Positions 43,578-55,521 of a DNA stretch of 64,000 nt are shown here, one piece after another. Positions within the stretch are counted from its first letter, which is position 1; every line of letters starts with the position of its first letter. The position numbers and the translations under genes were made by a program. Source of the DNA: Octopus vulgaris (taxonomy: Eukaryota); assembly GCA_951406725.2 (NCBI GenBank), contig OX597821.1:32674001-32738000 (forward strand). The letters run 5' to 3'. The notes beneath the pieces are model-generated. The model saw nothing but the letters and a program-made list of their open reading frames with translations, had not been told where the DNA came from and ran no database searches.

Positions 43578-44140
43578 TACAGGAGAAGGAAGTGTGAAAG
43601 TCTATAATTGTGAAAAGATGAGAGAGACAGAGAGAGAGAGGAAGTAGGGATTCTCGTGTTTGGCCAGTCTTATAATTAAAGACGTGACACTGGGTATTAG
43701 TATTTTTGGTCGATAACTGATTAGGTCCTTCTTTCTGTCCCACGTGTACGTTTTGTAGTATTTAATGCATTTTTCATTTATGAATTAACTGAACGCCACG
43801 CATCCCGACTTTTGTTAACAATAAGTTTGTACATTTTTTGGCAAATCTTCCTTTCTTTCTTTCTTCTTTACTTTCTTTCTTTCTCACACTTAATTGTAGA
43901 CTTTCTCATTTCCTTCCCTCTAGTCTCTCTCCTTCTCTCTCATCCTCCTTCCATTCTATCCGTTGCCCACACCTGACCCTTGACTGATTTTCTTTTCTCT
44001 GCCTTTTCGCCTAACGTGCTGGTCAACTTTTCTCCTCTCACTAATTATTTTCTTATATCCATTTGAAGATTTCTTCCAGGCGTTAATTATCACTCTGGTG
44101 TTTGGCCGAAAGGCTTTATCTAGTGCCTTCTATCGTTTCA
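43101..44140. repeat. TA-embedded composite of interleaved inverted repeats A-B-A'-B'
   Basis: A (43101-43193) matches the reverse complement of about 43686-43779. B (about 43320-43570) matches the reverse complement of about 43925-44140. Confidence 0.8.
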
Positions 44141-44164
44141 ATAGAAGACAAAAGATATATATCT

Positions 44165-44213
<49 letters not shown>

Positions 44214-44363
44214 CAAAAAGCAATAAAGATTCAAGTTAATTTAAATGAATTAACTTGAATATGGTACCTAACTTAGATGCACCAAAAGAAAACTATACTG
44301 ATTTAACAATACAGTAATGTGGGGTGATTATAAGCGAGAAAGAAGCAACAAGAATGGATAGGT

Positions 44364-44454
44364 TTTTAGTACAATCGTTTCATACAAGGACAGGCTTTAT
44401 TAAAAGTTGCAAAAATTACAGCATATAAACGTGTCCCGTACTCATCAGCTAAAA
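44364..44454 (-). ncRNA. Type I hammerhead ribozyme with long stem II
   Basis: Minus strand: UUUUAG-CUGAUGA-GUACGGGACA...UGUCCuUGUAU-GAAAC-GAUU-GUA-CUAAAA. Stem I is 6 bp, the core is intact and the triplet is GUA. Confidence 0.85.
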
Positions 44455-44639
44455 TACATGTGAGTTCTCTAGACATCCTAGTGGTTGAGGCTATACTCAT
44501 GAAGTAATGTAGATAATTAAGTAACATAAACAGATTTCCAAAGTTCATTAAAGTTCATTAAAGATGATGTACAGTCTTATCATAGAATTTTAAAAAGTTT
44601 TAATAGCATCACAGAGAAGGTGACCTAATCCATAGTGCA

Positions 44640-44897
44640 CATATGAATTTCCAGAGATATGATGAGGGATTACATACTCACAGAAGACAAATTTATCCAT
44701 TGTTAATTACAACGAGGTGGGTTTCAATTCCTGCTTATTAGCATTATAGAGAGGGTGAATTAATCCTTTGTATAGATGCACAATTTCCAATGGTGTAGAT
44801 GTAAATTTCCAGAGAAATGAAGAGGAATTTCAAATTCACAGGCGATAAGTTTATCAATGGTTGAACACAATGAGGTAGGTATCAATTCTTGTTATAT
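44640..44897. repeat. Diverged direct repeat (unit about 100 bp, period about 155 bp)
   Basis: AATTTCCAGAGA...TCACAG...TTTATC...GAGGT.GGT.TCAATTC occurs twice. Confidence 0.75.
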
Positions 44898-45151
44898 GAT
44901 TAGGTATTTGCCACATTAATCACATTACTGCTATTTACAAGAGGCTGTAGCTATTTAACTTCTAAAGGCTGAAGGGCTTTCTATAGCGGCAAAGAATAGA
45001 AAAGGGAAGGGAATAGAAGAAAAGAGAGAAAATAAAGGAGGAGGGAGCAAAAAGGGGGGAGGGGGACTAAAAGAGAAGAGAAAAGGAAAAAGAGAATAAG
45101 CAGAAGGAAAAGAAAAAAGAGAAAAGAGAAAGATATAGGGATATAGGGATA

Positions 45152-45215
<64 letters not shown>

Positions 45216-45260
45216 TAAGAAAAGAAATGGAGCAACAATATTTTAATTGTAGTTAAAATA

Positions 45261-45341
45261 ACGTTTACAGCTGTTTCAGATTGTAATTTTTTAGGTAAAC
45301 TTGCATCTATCTTGTTCCACGTAACAAACATCGTCAGAATG
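45261..45341 (-). ncRNA. Hammerhead-like motif, long or branched stem II, partly decayed
   Basis: Minus strand: CAUU-CUGACGA-(about 54 nt)-GAAAC-AGCU-GUA-AACG. The base of stem II pairs poorly. Confidence 0.5.
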
Positions 45342-45879
45342 ATTTAGACCTTATCAGAGAAATATCGACAGGAGAAAAAGGAGAAAGGAAAAGAAAAAGG
45401 AAAAAGGAAAAAAGTTCGTTAAGCTTTTAGGCTTACATTTTTGTATCCTTTAAAGGTTACACGTGTGTGCACATTTCTTCAATTAGATGAATAGACCAGT
45501 AAGTAGGGAAAATGACTAGTTGACCGGCGGTGTTAGCCGAAAGAGTTATATCTAGTAGTATTATCCGGTGTCATTAATTGTAATAAATAACGCTATTTGA
45601 GTTCGCTAGATAAGTCCCTATATATATATAAGAGTAAACTCAACAATACAATATATTAAATTTATATACATACAACAGAGCAAATCAACCGTTCACTAGA
45701 TTATACTGCATAATCTAAAACTTTAGCTTCTTGACATACTTTAGAATGAAGCAACTGCCTTTCGAATGCTAAAAGTGTAGTGCATCATCACAATTAGTTA
45801 CACAATTAATTACATGTAAGCCCACCCCGTCATCACAATGAGTTACATGTAGATCCACACCAATCAACGACCAGAATTC

Positions 45880-46650
45880 TCCCTACGACATTACATATTA
45901 CTCCTCGGAACTCGCAGCGACAAAAAGTTGGCAAACAACTCTCCAACTTTTCACTGATTATCTACATCTACTTGGGGAATGCATACTAGAACTAGCTCCA
46001 CGAAGAAACAGAATCTAAGTTTTCAGAATTCAGCAACAACCAGATCACCGCCAAAATTATTGCAATACATAAATTCAAAGTAATTATAGATGCATCTATA
46101 AAACGCATCCCAGAGAACAACATAAAAAAACGCTACCCCAATTACATACGAGATATTGCCAACCTCATAAAAAGAAAAACTAGAGACAACTTTAAACATA
46201 AAATAGCAAAACTGCATATTATAGAAATAAAACTTAGCATCAAACTACTAAATAAATAACAGGCGAAGAAGAGATATGCAAAAATCAGAAACTGACAAGC
46301 ATAAATCAAAGAACTGACAGGAAAGTTCTATACAGAATAATTAGCAGCAATAACAACAACGGCCACATCTTCCGTATACAACAACAATCTCAAATAAAAA
46401 TGCATAAATTGCAACACCAAACAAACGCCCTTATCAAACACTTCCCGTAAATCACCCATCTGGAATTCACAAAGATAGGGGATACAAAACGGAAACTATG
46501 CACCTTCCACCTAAATTACGGAGTTGACTACTTCTTTCTATCAGATACACAAAGAACAAAGGGAAATCTAAAAAAAAGCTCAAACATAAATTTACATCAT
46601 CTGCAACCTGAAAGTACCATTGTACCCATCAACGCTTAGTTATCCTTGTA
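45880..46650 (+). mobile_element. Highly decayed LINE remnant (APE-RT linker-like)
   Basis: ETESKFSEF...KFKVIIDASIKRIP...KKRYPNY.RDIANLIKR resembles a non-LTR linker region. A-rich strand bias; many stops. Confidence 0.35.
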
Positions 46651-47763
46651 CCAACTGTGACTATTCAAACGACTGTGTATAACAAAATGACGCAAGGGGC
46701 AAAAATTTATGCAGCCAGCTTATTATATGTATAGCTGATGCTATTGTAACTACACTTGGTGGCTGAAACACAACTTCAGTCCTGTAATATAATTTCTGTT
46801 TTCAATAGTTTCCTCTCAAATATTTCAGATTGTTCCCTAAAGTGGTGTTATATATAAAGATATATAAGAGCACTGTTATATAATATATGTTATATATTGC
46901 GTTCTAAAAGAAGACACACAATGGCGGTACACAATGCTGTGTCTTTCACTGAAGACTTATCCTCCTTCCTTCATTATAAATCTTTTTTTATTACTTCACA
47001 TCGATAAAAATGACACTAGGTTTTTTTATTTATTTATTCATTTATTTACGTACTTACTTGCTAGAGTCAATTTTATGCACTTCTACTGCTGCTACTACAG
47101 TTACAATAATAACAAACTAACCATGCGCTAAACATAAAAAAAAAAGCTTTCCATCTAATAGTTGAAATGAAAATTCTCTACCCTTAATACCAACCAGCCA
47201 ACCACCCAACCAACCGACCAGCTTTCCGGGAGAATTTAATCGCCCTTCCCTAATCTTCACTGTTTCATTCACTCCTCATGGGGAGGTTGGCCATCGCCGC
47301 TCCTGTTACTGCCGCCATTCTCCTATTAGTAGTCATTTAATGATGTTGTTTTGATCGTTTGTATGCTTCCAAATGAAGTCAGAATGTTTGGCCTCGCTAC
47401 CAGAAACGGTCGATCTTAATTGACAAAGTCATCTTTTGATTTACTAATGAACGTATTCAGTGATGCTTGCCAGAACCACCAAGACCCACAACCAGACCCA
47501 TAACCGGAAGCAAAAAGTCAGCAATCGATTCCAGTTATTTCGGTTTCCCCATCGCCTTTAGAATTTATCCATTTATCCATTGCCAAACAAAAAAAAAGAA
47601 CAAAATAGCCATTAAACGGAATATGGTGGACTGTCGCAGTGGCAATAGTGGAGAACGGTAAGTGGCAGTGGTGAAAGCAGTAAGGGACAATGCTTAACAT
47701 GCGGGCGGTCGAATGGTAAACGACAGTAGTAGTAATAGCAGTAGCAATGTAAATGACATTGAA

Positions 47764-48146
47764 GAATGGTGAGTAGAAGCAGTGAAAGAGGCAGCAATAC
47801 AAACAGCGGTTTGTTAAAAAATATATTTATTAGCGATAGAGGCAGGATTAAAATCGGTTTCAAACGTTGGCATAAGGCCAACAATTCTAGAGAAGGGTTC
47901 AAGTGGATTACATCGGCGCCAACGATCAACTGGTACTTATTCTATCGACCCCCGAAAGGGATGAAAGGCAAAAATCGACCTCGGCGGAATTTGAACTCAG
48001 AATATAAGGACGTACGAAATGTCGCAAAGCTTTTCGCCCGGCCTGTTAACAACACACATATGCACACACGCACACGTATACGCATGTATATATATATATG
48101 TGCATGTCAATGTGTGTGTATGTATATATTTATATATATGTGTGTG

Positions 48147-48185
<39 letters not shown>

Positions 48186-48550
48186 ATATATATGTGTGTG
48201 TGTGTGTGTGTGCGTGTGTGTGTATTTATATATATGTATATATATATATTCATATGTACAAACAACAATGGAGAATGGTGAGTAGAAGCAGTAAAAGCGA
48301 CAGCGATACACACAGCGGTTTGTTAAAAAATATTTATTAGCGATAGAGGCAGGATTAATATTGGTTTCAAATGTTGGCATAAGGCCAACAATTCTAGAGA
48401 AGGGTTCAAGTCGATTACATCGGCGCCAACGATCAACTGGTACTTATTCTATCGACCCCCGAAAGGGATGAAAGGCAAAATCGACCTCGGCGGAAATTGA
48501 ACTCAGAATGTAAGGACGGACGAAATGCCGCGCCCGGCCTTTTAACAACG
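47764..48550. repeat. Recent tandem duplication (period about 510 bp) of unique flank plus a SINE family A copy (-)
   Basis: GAATGGTGAGTAGAAGCAGT...GGCATAAGGCCAACAATTCTAGAGAAGGG...SINE occurs at 47764-48050 and 48273-48550. Confidence 0.9.
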
Positions 48551-49274
48551 CAGAATTAAAATCGTGAGGTAATATTTATCTCCAAATAAACGTGGATTTT
48601 CTGTTAAAATTGGCACTGTTATCATATATGTCGCTAGCGGAGATGATTCGCTGCTATCTCTAGTAGACGAGCGTCCGTCATTGACAAGACCAAGAGCCGC
48701 GTAAATCGAGTGAGCTGGTGGTCTGGGCGTTAGAGATGACAGGGATTTATCTCCCCGCTATCGATATAAACAAGAATGCATTTTGTACCAAAAGCGAATG
48801 GAAGGGTTTCTCTCACGATAACCACCGCAATATATTTTGTTATAATGAAACAGAAGTTTTATTGAGCACAACTTTAAACAAGCTAAGGGCATATTGTTTT
48901 TTTTGTTTTGTTTTGTTTTTGCCTTATGTAATGTAAAAGACTTCGTGTTGTAAGTTGATGAATATTTGACTGTATGTAAAGAGGAAGAAATGATCAGAGG
49001 TGGAATATACATATAAAGATATATACAGAATTGTGATGAAGAGAACCGAAGTCGCTTGAAGCCATAAAATAAACAATGTGAAGGAGATACTGTCATCATT
49101 TGACATCACGACATTCAGTATACGGCTATTATAAACATACGTAATCTCTCGCTCCCTCCCTCTCCCTCTCTCTCTCTCTATCTATCTATCTATCTCTTTC
49201 TCTCTTTATATATATATATATATATCTTTCTCTCTCTCTCTCTCTCTCTAACTCACTCTCTCTTTCTGTCTCTC

Positions 49275-49955
49275 AAGGCCGCCAGAATTACGTCCAAGAA
49301 TATCAGGCCCGGCAGTGACTGCAGTAACAACAATTACATCAGACCCGTAGCTAACGAAAGAAACATCAGCCGTTGTAGCGCATCCAATGCACAGACTTGA
49401 AAATATGTCGGTTCAACCACGCTCCCATACCTCTTGCCAGTTACTTATGGCGCTTGAAAGAGGAAGGAACCCCATACATAATTAAATGGGATCTTTTTGA
49501 AAAACCGGAGACGTATAAAAGGGAGCAAACGATGTAAGCTTTGCTTAGTAGAGAGGGCAAGAAGCCTAAAACTATCTCGTTCGACACGGGGACTTTTTTT
49601 AAACTCTAGGAAAGAAGTATTTAGTTAATGCCCTCACTTACAATCTTGCAATCCCCCATTCTTTGAACAGGCACACTGCAGCTCCTTCGAATATCACCAC
49701 GGCCGGAACCGAAGTAAGGGTAATATATCCGTCCCGGCTGCAGCGCCCTACGCACGGATAAATATTCTTTGTTTACAAAACTGACTGAATGCTACGTATT
49801 TCTTCCTTCGGCAATTTGAGCCTGACGAGTCACTTTATAGGTGCGAAACCAAAGGCCACTCTATGAACGGCCATAACATATAATTTCTTAAGTATATTAC
49901 TGGACTACTACTTTGCAAGTTACTTGTTTTTCGGATGTATGAACTATTGACGTTA
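49275..49955 (+). mobile_element. Penelope-like element 3' remnant; GIY-YIG C-terminus with CxxC (Naiad-like) followed by a hammerhead
   Basis: LASYLWRLKEEGTPYIIKWDLFEKPETYK/GSKRCKLCLVERARSL...LNSRKEVFS*CPH at about 49433-49637; one frameshift and one stop. Confidence 0.75.
49818..49861 (+). ncRNA. Decayed type I hammerhead in the PLE 3' region
   Basis: GAGc-CUGACGA-GUCAC[uuuauag]GUG-C-GAAAC-C[aaa]G-GcC-aCUC. The triplet is GCC instead of GUC. Confidence 0.6.
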
Positions 49956-49987
49956 TACACACACACACATACACAAATATGTATATG

Positions 49988-50066
<79 letters not shown>

Positions 50067-51161
50067 GTTATGAATGCATATATATATTATATGTGTTTGC
50101 ATGTATGTATATATATATGTATATATATATATGTCTATGTATAAGTATATATATACATACATATATATATATATATTACGTCAATAGTTTATACATCCGA
50201 ATTTAAAAGAGAGAGAGGGAGAGAGAGAGAGAAAGAGAGAAAGAGAGAGACAGAGAGAGATGAACGAGCAGATAAGGACAGTCTGGCAGAGAATTGAATG
50301 GGTGAAAATTAAAAGCTGTAAATAAGTGTAATATTATTGAACTATCGTGAATCAGGAGTGACTGAGGCTGTAGTAGGAACAATCAGAGAAATTAGGAAGA
50401 AGTAAAGGGCATTTGTGAGAGGTGACACGGAGGAGAGAAAGAAAAAGAAGCAGAGGGGGAAACGATTGAAATGAGGACAGAAAAGAGAAAGGACAAGAGA
50501 ATATTGGGGGAGAGGTTGTATCTTTGTGAGTGCGCATGTGTATAGAAGAGATTAAGGAATTAACGTATGAACACGTGAGTAAAATAGATAGTGAGAGAGA
50601 ATGGCATAAAGGGAAGAAGAAAATAATGAAGAATAAATAATCAGAAAGTGAGAATCTCACAAAGTGATGGAAGAAATTTTTAAAAAATGGAAGACGAAAC
50701 ACCATCATGAGGGAAACTGATAAAAGAGACAACGAAAGTTTGACAGAGAATGACTGAGTCATAAGGAGCTAGAAACAATTATATATAAATATATGTGTGT
50801 ATGTATGTGTGTGAATGTGAATGTGGTGTGCGTGTGTATGTGTGTGTGAGCGCGAGTGTTTGTGTACGTGAATGTTATAGAGAAAATGAGATAGCGAGGG
50901 AGTGAATTAGAAATTGAGGGAGAAATACAAAGAAGAGCGTAAGATGTAGATGTATGAGTGAGGAAAAAAGTGAAGGTGAGGTTGATAAAGCAGAAAGAAG
51001 ATAAGGAGGGTGGCGCAATGTGTCTCATGTACGAGGGGAGGAGTGAATGGATGAGCAAATTCAGAAGAAAATCAGTAAAGAACGAAAGTGACAAAAAATA
51101 TATGGATGGAAAAATGTCGACGGCAGAGAGAGAGAGAAAGAAAGAAAGAAAGAAAGAAAAA

Positions 51162-51217
<56 letters not shown>

Positions 51218-51428
51218 GAGAAAGAAAGAAAGAAAGGTATAGGGAGGTATAATAAAAAACTTACAAAGATATAGACAGAGAATAGATGAGTTAAAGAGAA
51301 AAAGAGAAGGTGAGGCAAAAATATGGCATGCAAATTAAAGAGACAGGGAGACAGAGAGAGACAGAGATAGAGACAGACAGACAGACAAATAGAATGGATT
51401 GAAAGCTGTGAAATCAGAGTGAGCACGA

Positions 51429-51515
51429 AACACTGACAAGGACAAACAGTCAGACAGACAGACACATAAACAAGTGTTTGTGTGTGTATGCACGCAACAT
51501 ACATATATATATATG

Positions 51516-51570
<55 letters not shown>

Positions 51571-51735
51571 ATATATATATATGTATGTTGCGTGCATACA
51601 CACTCAAACACTTGTTTATGTGTCTGTCTGTCTGACTGTTTGTCCTTGTCAGTGTTATTATATGTATATATACATTTATATATATATACATATGTGTGTA
51701 TGTGTGTATATATATATATGTGTGTGTGTGTGCAT

Positions 51736-51772
<37 letters not shown>

Positions 51773-51854
51773 GGTATGCACACACACACACATATATATA
51801 TATACACACATACACACATATGTATATATATATAAATGTATATATACATATAAT
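51429..51854. repeat. Double palindrome A-(TA)n-A'-B'-(TA)n-B
   Basis: 51429-51516 is the reverse complement of about 51569-51656, and 51657-51738 is the reverse complement of about 51775-51854. Confidence 0.9.
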
Positions 51855-51932
51855 ACAAACTGAGAATTCACAGAAAAAGCACAAGACGAAGACGGATGTG
51901 TATAAATATATAGATATAAATATAATGTATAT

Positions 51933-51963
<31 letters not shown>

Positions 51964-51992
51964 AATATAATCTATATAATCATATATCATTC

Positions 51993-52024
<32 letters not shown>

Positions 52025-52551
52025 GTACATAGATTTTTAAGAGAGAGAGAGATGTGGAATTGGCAGATGAAAGAGAGATACGATTAGCGCAACCATTTTC
52101 CATTGTTCCATACATTTTGTGTTAATGAAATCAAGTAACGGGTGTTAAAGGAAGTCACATACACACATATCATACACACACATAGACACACACACACACA
52201 TACGTATGTATATATATATATATATATGTCAGTGTGCGTGTGTATATATATATATATATATATTCATATATATATATATATATTCATATGTACAAACAGC
52301 GAGAGAGAGAGAGAGAGAGAGAGATGCGAAAGTCAGGAGAGAGTGATAATGAGATTGAGAGAGAAATGGAGAACGTGGTAATATGCCAATGAAACTCAGC
52401 AGCGAAGAGGCTACTGACAATAGACGTAACAATTATCACGAAATACTAAAAGTTTGCTGTTTCTCTTACTAAATTATGTTACAAAACGAACCGATATAAA
52501 ATTGCTAGGTAAACTAATTAACGCAAACATCTAATTGTCTTTTCCCCACAG

Positions 52552-52598
52552 GTGATGCACCCGCGTATTGCAATAACGGAGTTTGTAAAGTGAATTAG
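52552..52598 (+). CDS. Candidate terminal exon xDAPAYCNNGVCKVN*
   Basis: Branch-like CTAAT, then tgtcttttccccacag|GT GAT GCA...AAT TAG, with AATAAA at 52666-52671. No homology recognised. Confidence 0.3.
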
Positions 52599-53057
52599 TC
52601 GTTCTAAATTGAACTTACAATATTTTTGGCGTGAGCAGTGTTCTAAATGATGTATGTACGTACAAAATAAAGTACGTTGTTTCTCTATACTGAGATATAA
52701 CAAGCAAAAACATGTATAGATACATGCATATATGAACGTATACATAATAGATGCAGACACAAATGCTGATATACAAATGCACACAGATATAGGTAGAACC
52801 ATACACACAGGTAAATTATCTTTGTGAATCTATCCGAATATTCATGCGTGTGTACGTACAAATATAATGTATATGTGTGTATACAAACACACAGACACTC
52901 ACACAAATACACACACAGACACTCGCATACACTTATATATGAAAATATGCACCTATCTACTTGTAGAAACAGAAGTATTTCTTTCAAAACTGAAATGCGA
53001 GTACACACACACATCACCTACACACACACACACATTCACACACACACACGTACACAA

Positions 53058-53231
<174 letters not shown>

Positions 53232-53864
53232 TGATGGATCGGTTGATAGGAAAGAGGTTTGCATGAACGTGTTTACGAAAGTATGTACCGTCAAATAAAT
53301 CTACATAAGTTTTCTATTCGAAATATTGTACGCTGTAATTTTCTGTCAATTTGCCTCCTGCGGTCAAATCCCGTGCTGGCTAACATGAGTTTTTTATCCT
53401 TCCGGGACAGTGGTTTAATACAGCAAAGATCAACTAATGGGATTTCTTTCACTCCCTCACTCACTCTCTCTCTCTCTCTCCCTCTCTTTCTCCCCCCTCT
53501 CTCTCTATCTCAGTCTCTCTTTCGTTCAGTCTTTCTCGTTCGCTCGCTCGCTCGCTCTCTCAAACACACACTCACTCTCTCTTTCCTCCCCTGTTCTTGT
53601 CTGTGTCTACATCTCCTCGTCTCTTAGAATTGGGTCCACTGCATCAGTCATGAAAGAGTGATGAATTACCGTTTAGCAGCCTCCTCTCGCCTGGTATTCT
53701 GCAAAAACTGTCCAAAGAAACCAAATAAAATGGCGGTTGTAGGTACAAAGAAAGATGTCGTTACGACACAGGACGGTTAACAAAATTCACATAAGTCTCT
53801 GTGGTTGGTGTATATATATATGTATATATATATATCAAAAGAAAAACAGGATGCCAAGGGTTTT

Positions 53865-53951
53865 GTGGTACATATGTTTCTGGCTTTATTGAACAATTTA
53901 TATCAATGCATAATTGATATAACATGTAGGTCAACAGCCTTCTTCAGCCGC
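53865..53951 (-). ncRNA. Type I hammerhead ribozyme with long stem II
   Basis: Minus strand: GcGG-CUGAAGA-a-GGCU..UUGA..UUAUAUCAA[uuaugca]UUGAUAUAA..UCAA..AGCC-a-GAAAC-AUAU-GUA-CCaC. Stem III is the palindrome ACAUAUGU. Confidence 0.8.
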
Positions 53952-54220
53952 GTACAATTACCACACCAAAGACGTATATTACGTTATATCAGGTTTGAGA
54001 AAAAGTTTGGGAGAAAAACGAGTTTTATTGGGAAGGTAAATCCTCATAGTCGTATACGACATAGCGAGACACCAAAACAAAACGTCCATACCGTTTTTCA
54101 CTCGATAAAGAATGAGGGGTTTGGATGTTGAGAGAAAGAGGTGGAAGGGGATGAATCTTTAAAGAAGTTGGGATCATAAAGAGGAAAAAGTATATGTATA
54201 AATTTAAACATGATTTTATT

Positions 54221-54468
<248 letters not shown>

Positions 54469-54488
54469 AGGACATTTATAAGGAAATA

Positions 54489-54536
54489 GTCTTACAGCTG
54501 TATCTGGGATAATATGGATACCTCTTCATCAGAGAG
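54489..54536 (-). ncRNA. Decayed family H1 hammerhead
   Basis: CUGAUGA is intact but GAUAC replaces GAAAC; AGCU-GUA-AGAC is retained. Homologous to 4593-4640. Confidence 0.6.
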
Positions 54537-54727
54537 AGTGTGAGAAGGTTAAAGTGAGGAAATATTTGAGGAATTTAAACTTTTCACATCCATTTAAACT
54601 ACACACATATAATTATATATATATAATTCAGTTGAATTAGGTACTTAAGTTGAAACACCAAATCAGTCTGGTATTACATATATGTGTGTGTATGTACATA
54701 TACATATATATTGTTATGGTAGAAGTT

Positions 54728-54811
<84 letters not shown>

Positions 54812-54840
54812 ACAGCAGCCGTAGCAGCAGCAGCAGCACC

Positions 54841-54897
<57 letters not shown>

Positions 54898-54943
54898 TGT
54901 GGTGGTGGTGGTGGTGGTGGTGGTGGTGGTGGTGGTGGTGGTG

Positions 54944-55009
<66 letters not shown>
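54728..55009. repeat. (GTA)n/(GCA)n/(GTG)n trinucleotide array
   Basis: Direct inspection. Related (GTG)n/(GAT)n arrays at 55967-56220. Confidence 0.95.
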
Positions 55010-55314
55010 AGTTTGTATTTCACTTATACAGGATGGAAAAATACTGCTGTTTGAGAAAGAATCGGTGGTAGTCTAGTAATTGATGTAGAACTGATTAGAA
55101 ACGTTGTCCAGTAGCGTTAACCAACTATTTTTATGGACGATTTTGACGATACTCACCTGATCTGCAATTGAAATTATTTCCGGAGAAATTTTATCAAATA
55201 TTCATACAGGCGGGTAATAGTTAAGATTTTGCTGAACTTATACACTAGTTAAATCAATGTATGATATTTCTCTGCCAAACATAGTTTTCATTTTCCTGAA
55301 CGATTTTAGATATC

Positions 55315-55521
55315 AGTTTCAAATTTTTACACAAGGCCAGCAAGTTCGGGTTAAGTCGATTACACCGACTTCAGTGCTCAACTGATACATATTTCATCGA
55401 CACCCTAAGGATGGAAAGCAAGGATCGGTCTCGGTGGCATTTGAACTCTGAACGTAGGAACGGACGAAATGCTTCTAGGCATTTTTTCCGGCGTGCTAAC
55501 AATTCTGCCAGCTCGCCGCCT
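55315..55521 (-). mobile_element. SINE family A
   Basis: Reverse-complement head GGCGGCGAGCTGGCAGAATTGTTAGCACGCCGG and B-box GAGTTCAAAT. Confidence 0.85.

Noticed and set aside
49626-49628. In-frame stop in the Naiad-like ORF as possible selenocysteine
   Set aside because: The codon is TAA, not TGA, and lies before the Cys; ordinary decay.
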